Source: Candidatus Scalindua sp. (GTDB lineage Bacteria > Planctomycetota > Brocadiia > Brocadiales > Scalinduaceae). From it: DNA of 32,000 bases. Positions 7,897 through 15,571 of this stretch are shown here, in pieces. The translations under genes and the position numbers were made by a program. The first letter of the stretch is position 1. Each line of letters starts with the position of its first letter. The stretch spans positions 3,660,001-3,692,000 of the forward strand of contig JALDRA010000001.1 in the NCBI GenBank assembly GCA_031316235.1, read 5' to 3'. A model generated the notes under the pieces. That model ran no database searches. It had not been told where the DNA came from and saw only the letters and a program-made list of their open reading frames with translations.

Positions 7897-9204
7897 ATGA
7901 ATATTTGTGTAATTGGAACTGGTTATGTCGGTCTTGTTACCGGTGCCTGCTTTGCAGAATTTGGTCTCAATGTTACATGTGTTGACAAGGATGAAAACAA
8001 GATAAAATATTTGAAGGCGGGAAAGTCTCCTATTTATGAGCCAGGTCTCGAAGAATTGATCCAAAGAAATACCAAGCAGGGCAGGCTTATGTTTACTACA
8101 AATGTTGAAGAAGGGGTGAAATCGGCACTTGTTGTCTTTATTGCTGTCGGGACACCCCCAAAGCAAAATGGTGAATCTGACTTAAAGTATATAAAGGAAG
8201 TAGCAAAACAGATAGCACATACAATGGATGGTTACAAAGTAATAGTGACCAAGAGCACGGTTCCTGTCGGTACTGGGAAAATGATTTCAGATATAGTAAA
8301 GAAAAACCAGAAATCTAAGGTAAATTTTGATATAGCCTCCAACCCTGAATTTCTCAGAGAGGGATCGGCAATCGAAGATTTTTTGAGGCCAAACAGGGTC
8401 GTTATCGGGACTTCCAGCGATCAGGCCGTCGCTATTCTAAAGGATTTGTATAGACCTCTTTATCTGATTGAATCACCGTTTGTTGTTACGAATATTGAAA
8501 CTGCAGAAATGATAAAGTATGCCTCAAATGCTTTTCTTGCGACAAAGATATCGTTTATAAATGAGATTGCGAATTTATGCGAAAGAGTGGGTGCAGATGT
8601 ACATATGGTTTCTAAGGGAATGGGTTTGGATAAAAGAATTGGGTCGAAATTTTTACATCCTGGTCCAGGTTTTGGCGGCTCCTGTTTTCCGAAAGACACG
8701 AGGGCTTTAGCACAGATAGCAAAGAATAATGGTTATGAATTAAAGATTGTCAATGCGGTAATGGAAGTAAATAAAGAACAGATAAACATTATGATAGAAA
8801 AGATAAAGAGTGCAATTGATAAATTTAAAGGTAAGACAATTGGCATCCTTGGCCTCTCCTTTAAACCAAATACAGACGATATCAGAGAATCTCCTGCAAT
8901 AGAGCTGATTAAAATCCTTGAGAAGCGAGGCTCTAAAATACGGGTATACGATCCTGTTGCGTTAGATAATACGAAAGAAATGTTAAGAAATAATAAAATA
9001 ACGTACTGTAAAGATTCATATGAAGTAGCAACAGGTGCAAACGTCCTGGTCATTGCTACTGAATGGAACCAATTTAGAATGCTTGACATGAAAAAAGTCA
9101 AGAAACTACTAAAAGATCCTGTTTTGGTAGATTTGAGGAATGTGTATGATCCTGTTTATATGAAGAACCTGGGATTTTCCTATTCATCAGTGGGGAGAGT
9201 CTGA
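7897..9204 (+). CDS. ugd: UDP-glucose 6-dehydrogenase
   Basis: Rossmann motif ICVIGTGYVGLV and catalytic GGSCFPKD, with full-length family architecture. AAGGAG (7881-7886) is better spaced for ATG 7897 than for ATG 7888, which the ORF track uses. Confidence 0.9.
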   Translation: MNICVIGTGYVGLVTGACFAEFGLNVTCVDKDENKIKYLKAGKSPIYEPGLEELIQRNTKQGRLMFTTNVEEGVKSALVVFIAVGTPPKQNGESDLKYIKEVAKQIAHTMDGYKVIVTKSTVPVGTGKMISDIVKKNQKSKVNFDIASNPEFLREGSAIEDFLRPNRVVIGTSSDQAVAILKDLYRPLYLIESPFVVTNIETAEMIKYASNAFLATKISFINEIANLCERVGADVHMVSKGMGLDKRIGSKFLHPGPGFGGSCFPKDTRALAQIAKNNGYELKIVNAVMEVNKEQINIMIEKIKSAIDKFKGKTIGILGLSFKPNTDDIRESPAIELIKILEKRGSKIRVYDPVALDNTKEMLRNNKITYCKDSYEVATGANVLVIATEWNQFRMLDMKKVKKLLKDPVLVDLRNVYDPVYMKNLGFSYSSVGRV

Positions 9205-9252
9205 TTCATTACCTTAGAATTTGATAATGTTGTTATGCTATAACATTGAACA

Positions 9253-9307
9253 TTACCCGCCTGTCATTCTGGATGACCACGAATTCGAGAATGGAGAAGG
9301 CGGGTAA
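9253..9307. terminator. Long imperfect hairpin in a convergent intergenic spacer (possible bidirectional terminator)
   Basis: Outer stem TTACCCGCC (9253-9261) pairs with GGCGGGTAA (9299-9307). Inner stem CATTCT (9265-9270) pairs with AGAATG (9288-9293). No clear U-tract on either side. Confidence 0.3.
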
Positions 9308-9572
9308 AAATTGCTGGTTGCTGTATGTGTCTTACCTTTGATTTTGAAAGGGACATGTACGGCAAAAACTTTATTATCGATTTGCAGCCGTCAAACAAAG
9401 AAAAGTCTGTCCTTGTGAAGAAGAGGCGGCGGCTCAGATGTCATAAAGGAGAACTGTACCACCAACTGTGATCTCAAATTTGCCTGTTTTCCCCTGAGAT
9501 GCATCAGTAAAAGACCAATCTGCATGATAGAATAAATTGCTGTCTAATAGGGACAGTGGAATGAATGTCTCT

Positions 9573-12500
9573 TTACAATGCCTGTGTACCTTTCTTATTG
9601 TTAGACTGGCTCAGCTTTATTTCTTCTATTATCAATTTTGCTTTCTCTGATTCAGGAAGTGTTCTGCCCATTTTGAGTACCCGCTCCATTTCTGTTAATG
9701 CCATCTGGTGTAATCCTTTTTTATAAAAAAGTGTTCCCAGATGAAACCGTATAATTGGGTTCCAGGGTGCAACTTTTACTGCGATTTTCAATTCGGTTAC
9801 AGCTTTTTCGTACTCTCCATTCAAATAATATAACCATCCAAGGGTATCAATGATTTCTGCATTTTCAGGTGCAAGGGTCTTTGCTTTCTTGGCGAGTATC
9901 AAGGCATCATCTAATTTGTTCTGCATTTTTGTAGCATATAACCATGCAAGATTGTTGTAGGCTACCGGGGAAGAAGGATTCAATTCAATGACTTTTTTGT
10001 AAGCATTGACTGCATCTGTCAGTGAGCTTCTTAACTCCTGTAATACACCCAAATTCAGATAAGAACTCACATGAAGTGGATTCATTTCTACCACTTTCTT
10101 ATACTGAATTACTGCCTCCTCAGTTTGTCCATTACGATAATAGATATCTGCTAGTTTGTTGTAGGTGTCTGTTGATTGAGGATTCAATTCTAAGATTTTG
10201 TTGCAGGTTTTTATTGCTTGAACATTTTCTCCCATTTCGAATAATATATCTGCCTGGGCATCGTATGCAATAGTATTCGAAGGGATGATCTTTGCTAGCT
10301 CTTGGTATTCTCCAAGAGCAGGGCTGAGCCATTGAATATTGGTGAAAGCTATGGCACGGCCCAGATGGTAGACAACGGATTTTTCCAATTCCATATTGTG
10401 TTTGCAAAGCTCAATGAGATCAAGAAAGCTGCTTTTTAGTGAGTTGTTCAGTTTTGGTATGTCCTGCAGACAAACGCCCGCGCTCTCATGCTCACTCCGT
10501 GAGAGAAAGATGTTTACCATGCATACGTTCGAAATGATACTGTTTGGTTCTATAGTTAACGCCTGAGAACAAGCGTTTCTGGCATTTTCATATTCTCCCA
10601 GCAAAAGATGAGCAATTGCCAGATTGCACCAAAACTGAGCATTGTCGGGAAAATATTCTACTGCTTGTTTGTATAGAGCAATAGATTCCCGGTAGTTACC
10701 ATTATGAATATGAAGGACTCCAAGATTGTATGCTTCTATGAAATATTTATTATTATGTAATGCAACTTTCAGTTGGTTTAATGCCTCTGGTATATTTTCA
10801 TTAAGCAAATAAGTCCGTGCAAGTAAGGAGAGCGCTAGCAGGTTCCTGGGTTCGAGATATAACGCTTTCTTGATCATATCGCCAGCCAATTCAAACTTTT
10901 TTACCGCCAGATAACTTTTTGTTAATGCAATGTATGTCTCAACGTTATCAGGATGAGTTTTGAGAATGTTGTTAAATTCTTCTATTGCCGCTTGATGATT
11001 TCCCATCAGGTAATAGGAATTTCCTAGACCTATATGTGCTTCAAGAGTGTTGGGATTAATATTCAACACAGTCTGGTAAAGGATGTTTGCAATATTGGTT
11101 TGGTTTCGTTTCAAGGTTACTTCAGCGAGAGCAAGGTATGCAGGGATGAAATCAGCATTTACAGCTATTATTTTGTTAAATTCTGTTTCTGCTTTCCTTA
11201 ACAATCCTTTCTTCAGGAAAGCCAGCCCCAATATATTGCGGAGCTGCGTGTTTGAGGGATTTTCTTCTAATTCCATCTTGCAGTACCCAATACATTTATC
11301 GAGATCTCCTTGTTCGAACAGCACCCGGGCATTATTCAGCATCTGTGCAAATGAACCGTTATTACTTTGAGAAGTTTCTGGAAACTCGTTCTTATTCATT
11401 TTGAACTTCTCATATGCAAGGCTAACTGTTCCCAGCAAATTGTGTGCAACGGGATTTTCAGGATCGATCTCTACAGCTTTTTCAATTATATTTTTTGCTT
11501 TTTCTGAAAAACCCTGTTTGAGTAAAAGGGTTGCAAGGTTTAAACGTGCATGGACTGAGTTGTCATCCCTGCTGATGATATCTTTGAAGATTGAGATAGC
11601 TTCATGTTGTCTGTCAGCCAAAATGTAAGCCTCTCCCAAACCGTTATAAGACGAAATAAATTCAGGTCTCTGGTTTATGATATCTGTATACACCTTGATA
11701 GCTTCTTCCTTTTGATTTGAGGAGATATAGATACTGGCCAGGATTAGTTTTGGTATGAGGTTATCTGGAAGTAATGTTGCTGCTTTTCTACACTCTGCAA
11801 CAGAATGATGAAGAAAACCCTCTTGTTTAGCAATGATTGCTTTATTAAGTGCTAAGGTGACCTGTTTACCATTTTCAATATTCTGTTGACACAGCTCTAT
11901 GAAATCGAGATACTCTTTTTTTACATCTGATGTAAGTGACACGGAAGATTCTATGAGATTTTCAGCTTTAATTTTCTTGCCGCTTGATGCGTACAAATTT
12001 GTCATGATAATTTTCAAATCAGGTATATCTCCATTGAGATCAAGAGATTTCTTACCATACAAAATAGATGAGGTTCCTTTGTTCTCCTGTTGATAAGCAA
12101 CCGCAAAATATGCATGTAATAACGCGTTAGCCGGATCAAGATTTATTGCCTTATTGAATAAATTAAGAGATTTCTTGGTTTCACCTTGCAGCAAATATAA
12201 ACTCGCTAATTTGTAGGCGGGGAGATAATTTGGGTCTGATTCGATTGTCTCTTTAAGAATTGTTTCTGTTTTATCACTATCGTCTTTATAGGCGTAGAGA
12301 TCAGCCAGGAGCATTCTTGCTTCTAAATTATCCTGATTTATTGAATGAAGTGTTTCTAATGTTTTTATGGCTTCTGGATTATCCTCATTAAGGATGCAGA
12401 CTTTTGCTAAATTTATATATGCATTTACTGAGTATTTATCTAATTCAATGACCTTCTTAAATTGCATGGCACCTTTCTCTATTTCACCTTTTCTAATGTG

Positions 12501-13952
12501 TGCCATACCAAGGATATCATATGCTTTTGCCGTATTGGGGTCTTTTTTTATAATCGCTTCACACTGTTTGATGCATTTGTCGAGTTCGCCGGTTGAAAGA
12601 GTTAAATATGCCAAATTGATATCACCAAGAGATGGGTTCAGTTCAACAATTTTCCTGAAGTATTTTTCAGCAGATTTATAATCATGCATTTTAATATATG
12701 TAGAACCAATAATTTGCATGGCATCTACATTGTCAGGATACATCTCTAAAATTTGTTTGCCAATTTTAAGTGTTTCATTATTTGAACCCTCACGAGCAAA
12801 CAGTCTTGCAAGTCCTATTTGTGCTGGAAGGTACTTTGAATCATTGGTTACAGATGATTTAAATGCCGTCTTTGCTTCTTCGTATCTGCCTTTTTCTGCT
12901 AAAGCAAGAGCGAGATAATAATGTGTTTCCGGTAAAGTGGGGAGTTTTAATGCTGACTCCTGTAATAAAGCGATTGCTTCTCTATAATTCTTCTTTTTTA
13001 GAAATACGTATCCTTTAACAAAATAGATGATAGGAGGTATGTTATCCGAAGAACTTAACTTAATTGAGTGTTCCGCCTCAATCAATGCACTATCATATTG
13101 TGCTGTTTTCAAGAAGAGAACTGACAACTGAATGTGAGCATCCAAATAATCTGGTTTTTGCTCCACTATTTGTTTTAAACAATCAATGGCCGCAACAAAT
13201 CTGTCCTGATATTCATAAATTCTGGATAGAAGAAGTTGGATTTCAATATGTTCAATGTCTGTATGAGACAAGGCCCGTTTACACTGAATTTCCGCTAAAT
13301 CAAAGTTTCCATTTTGTACGTATAATCTGGCAAGAGCAATATGTGTATCGATGTTTAAATCATCGATCTTAAGTGCATCTTGAAAATCTTTTACTGCGAG
13401 GTCGTGAAAACCAAGTTCCAGGTGTATCTTGGCCAATAAGGAATAAGGTTGGGAAAGAGCCGGATTCGTTCTTATCAACGTTTTGCACGTTTCTTCAGCC
13501 AATGACAACTTATCGAGTACTAATGCTTCATCTTTACCAAGTTTTCGAAGTTCAATTGCAGTGGTCAAATATATAACTCCAAGCTGAAGACTGGCATCTG
13601 TAAAGTCTGGTTTGTTATTGAGAGCAAATTTCAATTCTGACTCAGCATGTTCATATTTTTTCAATCTGAAGTATGAAATTCCCATATGATAATGAATATT
13701 GGCATCTTCGGGATTTTTGATCAGCTCCTTTTTAAATTCTTCTAGAGCTTCGGTATGTCTATGTAATTTTGCATAAATAAGACCTTTTTCCAGACCCTCT
13801 TGGCCCGGAATACGGTCCTTTACAAGGAAAATAACGATTGCCAATAATGTGCATGCTACAATAAGAAGGGGTGTGGCAGCATAGAGTACCCAGAATTTCC
13901 ACCGTTTTGTAGTATTTTTGGTCTTATTTATTGAAAAATCCATACCAACCAA
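9573..13952 (-). CDS. Giant tetratricopeptide-repeat (TPR) protein, N-terminally membrane-anchored or lipidated (PrsT-like?)
   Basis: 1459-aa ORF with TPR-type A/Y/L periodicity throughout. The N-terminus has a basic stretch followed by hydrophobic FWVLYAATPLLIVACTLLAIVIFLV, which contains a lipobox-like IVAC. An alternative start is Met4 (13943). Confidence 0.85.
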   Translation of the reverse strand: MVGMDFSINKTKNTTKRWKFWVLYAATPLLIVACTLLAIVIFLVKDRIPGQEGLEKGLIYAKLHRHTEALEEFKKELIKNPEDANIHYHMGISYFRLKKYEHAESELKFALNNKPDFTDASLQLGVIYLTTAIELRKLGKDEALVLDKLSLAEETCKTLIRTNPALSQPYSLLAKIHLELGFHDLAVKDFQDALKIDDLNIDTHIALARLYVQNGNFDLAEIQCKRALSHTDIEHIEIQLLLSRIYEYQDRFVAAIDCLKQIVEQKPDYLDAHIQLSVLFLKTAQYDSALIEAEHSIKLSSSDNIPPIIYFVKGYVFLKKKNYREAIALLQESALKLPTLPETHYYLALALAEKGRYEEAKTAFKSSVTNDSKYLPAQIGLARLFAREGSNNETLKIGKQILEMYPDNVDAMQIIGSTYIKMHDYKSAEKYFRKIVELNPSLGDINLAYLTLSTGELDKCIKQCEAIIKKDPNTAKAYDILGMAHIRKGEIEKGAMQFKKVIELDKYSVNAYINLAKVCILNEDNPEAIKTLETLHSINQDNLEARMLLADLYAYKDDSDKTETILKETIESDPNYLPAYKLASLYLLQGETKKSLNLFNKAINLDPANALLHAYFAVAYQQENKGTSSILYGKKSLDLNGDIPDLKIIMTNLYASSGKKIKAENLIESSVSLTSDVKKEYLDFIELCQQNIENGKQVTLALNKAIIAKQEGFLHHSVAECRKAATLLPDNLIPKLILASIYISSNQKEEAIKVYTDIINQRPEFISSYNGLGEAYILADRQHEAISIFKDIISRDDNSVHARLNLATLLLKQGFSEKAKNIIEKAVEIDPENPVAHNLLGTVSLAYEKFKMNKNEFPETSQSNNGSFAQMLNNARVLFEQGDLDKCIGYCKMELEENPSNTQLRNILGLAFLKKGLLRKAETEFNKIIAVNADFIPAYLALAEVTLKRNQTNIANILYQTVLNINPNTLEAHIGLGNSYYLMGNHQAAIEEFNNILKTHPDNVETYIALTKSYLAVKKFELAGDMIKKALYLEPRNLLALSLLARTYLLNENIPEALNQLKVALHNNKYFIEAYNLGVLHIHNGNYRESIALYKQAVEYFPDNAQFWCNLAIAHLLLGEYENARNACSQALTIEPNSIISNVCMVNIFLSRSEHESAGVCLQDIPKLNNSLKSSFLDLIELCKHNMELEKSVVYHLGRAIAFTNIQWLSPALGEYQELAKIIPSNTIAYDAQADILFEMGENVQAIKTCNKILELNPQSTDTYNKLADIYYRNGQTEEAVIQYKKVVEMNPLHVSSYLNLGVLQELRSSLTDAVNAYKKVIELNPSSPVAYNNLAWLYATKMQNKLDDALILAKKAKTLAPENAEIIDTLGWLYYLNGEYEKAVTELKIAVKVAPWNPIIRFHLGTLFYKKGLHQMALTEMERVLKMGRTLPESEKAKLIIEEIKLSQSNNKKGTQAL

Positions 13953-14287
13953 AGCTCCTTTCCAGCATTGTAGCTATTTATTTGCGATGAAACTTTTCCA
14001 TTCGAAACAGTCACAATGCAATTACCTTCCTGTTTACCCAGAATAGTAAACGAAGAGATACCAGATTCATCTTCTGTACCTTCAATAGGTGTTCCGTTTG
14101 TATTTATAACAAAGGCATCTGCGTAACCAGTTTCACTCAGATCGAGAAGCAAGTTGATGGGGCTTACAATAAGCTGGAGATCATCAGAGACGGTAACAGT
14201 GTCAATTTCTTCCTGATCAGCAAATACCGTGGTGCAGAGGGCAATTATTCCAAAATGAATGAAGCTTATTGCTAGATTTTTAAACAT
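13928..14287 (-). CDS. Small secreted protein with Ig-like (Big_2-like) segment
   Basis: Starting at ATG 14287 gives a classical signal peptide, MFKNLAISFIHFGIIALCTTVFA/DQ. The segment GISSFTILGKQEGNCIVTVSNGKVSSQI resembles bacterial Ig-like domains. Overlaps the TPR gene start by 25 nt. The ORF track starts at 14335. Confidence 0.45.
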   Translation of the reverse strand: MFKNLAISFIHFGIIALCTTVFADQEEIDTVTVSDDLQLIVSPINLLLDLSETGYADAFVINTNGTPIEGTEDESGISSFTILGKQEGNCIVTVSNGKVSSQINSYNAGKELWLVWIFQ

Positions 14288-14771
14288 TTGATAAGTCAAA
14301 AATGCTGAAAATTGTTTAATTAAAGTATCTGCCATATTACACTTGGATGGCTCTATATTCAGCTGACTATGGTGAATTCAATGTACTTATCGTCATAAAT
14401 TCCTGCAAATTTAATGAAGAATTACTGATTTGAATTACACGATATTGAACAGGTAACAGCTGCTTGAAAACGTTCTCTCCCTGAACAGGCAAAGAGAATC
14501 AACAAAATTATTGGAGATATTTACTGCAATTGTATATAATGCCGGGACACGCCTGAACCATTCGGACAGGTAGCGGTCATACCGGTGCAGCCTGACCTTG
14601 GTAATGGATGCATTGGAATGTGTTACGAAGCTGGGGATTCCTGCACGAAAAGCATACAGGATAATTGAAGAACGATTCAGTATTCCTGGTCGAGATACCA
14701 GGGGGAACAATAGGGTGCGTATGCCAGAGCCCGGTATGGGGTCTGGCAGATTCTCAGTGATTTTTCTGAAA

Positions 14772-14869
14772 GTGATACTGTTATTTTTAAACCGCTTTGG
14801 TTTTAGATTCTTCTACAAACCAAAGCCTGGTTTCCGGTAAAACCGAAAACCAAATCGGTTTTAGTATAC
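14772..14869. repeat. Intergenic structured repeat, copy B (head-to-head composite of two module-1 variants)
   Basis: The left half (+) resembles copy E module 1 and has a perfect stem, GCTTTGGTTT (14794-14803) pairing with AAACCAAAGC (14817-14826). The right half (14829-14869) is the reverse complement of copy A module 1, 40/41 identical, ending in GTATAC (14864-14869). Confidence 0.8.
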
Positions 14870-14893
14870 AGAAAAACAGTTCTTGGGGAATAT

Positions 14894-15571
14894 ATGTTGT
14901 CTCATGTTTTTAGAAGAATGAAACTCTGCATTATTGGTTTTCTTGGGTCAACTCTTCTCAGATTTTTATTTAGTACGATTCGGATTGAGGAACGGCCTTA
15001 TAACCATCCCAAGCAGCAAAAAGAGCAAGGGAGGAGGGTGATTTATGCCGTATGGCATCCATTTATTCTGATACCCGGTTTTGCTTCAAGAAATCTGGGA
15101 GTAATGGTATTGATAAGCCAGCATTCTGATGGTGAATACATTGCACAGGTTATTCAGTGGCTGGGCTATTGTGTGGTCAGAGGTTCTACTACTCGGGGTG
15201 GTCCGAGAGCAATGTTATCCATCATCAAGAGAGCAAGAGAGTGGGAGATCCTGGCAATTACACCCGATGGTCCAAAGGGGCCGGTATATAAAGCACAATC
15301 GGGAATAATCTATTTGGGACAAAAAACTGGTTATCCGATAATTCCGATGTCAATTTGGAGTTCAAAGTATTGGACTCTTCCGAGTTGGGATAAATTTCGT
15401 ATTCCAAAACCGTTTTCTAAGGCTACTATTAATTATGGAAAACCGATAAAAATACCTCCTAAACTTACGAAAGATGAGATAGAAAAGTATCGTATATTGT
15501 TAGAAAAAACACTTAACGAAATGACAAGAGAGGCAGGCCACTTAGTTAAAGCACCTGGAAAATTCGCATGA
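14894..15571 (+). CDS. DUF374 domain protein (lysophospholipid acyltransferase-like)
   Basis: YAVWHPFILIPG...LISQHSDGEYIAQV...RGSTTRGG...ITPDGPKGP matches the conserved DUF374 blocks. There is an N-terminal hydrophobic segment. Confidence 0.8.
   Translation: MLSHVFRRMKLCIIGFLGSTLLRFLFSTIRIEERPYNHPKQQKEQGRRVIYAVWHPFILIPGFASRNLGVMVLISQHSDGEYIAQVIQWLGYCVVRGSTTRGGPRAMLSIIKRAREWEILAITPDGPKGPVYKAQSGIIYLGQKTGYPIIPMSIWSSKYWTLPSWDKFRIPKPFSKATINYGKPIKIPPKLTKDEIEKYRILLEKTLNEMTREAGHLVKAPGKFA

Noticed and set aside
9355-9474. 39-aa basic ORF (MYGKNFIIDLQPSNKEKSVLVKKRRRLRCHKGELYHQL) in the ugd/TPR spacer
   Set aside because: There is no properly spaced SD, no recognisable motif (not a PEP-CTERM tail) and no comparative support available.
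10022-13576. Numerous 60-100 aa ORFs antisense or out of frame within the TPR gene, and similar ones inside other CDS (e.g. 601-783, 1649-1951, 8733-9101, 16348-16674, 31154-31573)
   Set aside because: They are embedded in strongly supported long CDS and have low-complexity or hydrophobic junk translations. These are typical shadow ORFs.
14539-14600. Minus-strand similarity to SRP (4.5S) RNA segments (ACCAAGGTCAGG ... GCGTGTCCCGGCAT)
   Set aside because: The diagnostic GGAA tetraloop and the AGCA/GGAAGCAGCC symmetric-loop motif are absent, and the spacing does not fit. I judge this a chance resemblance.
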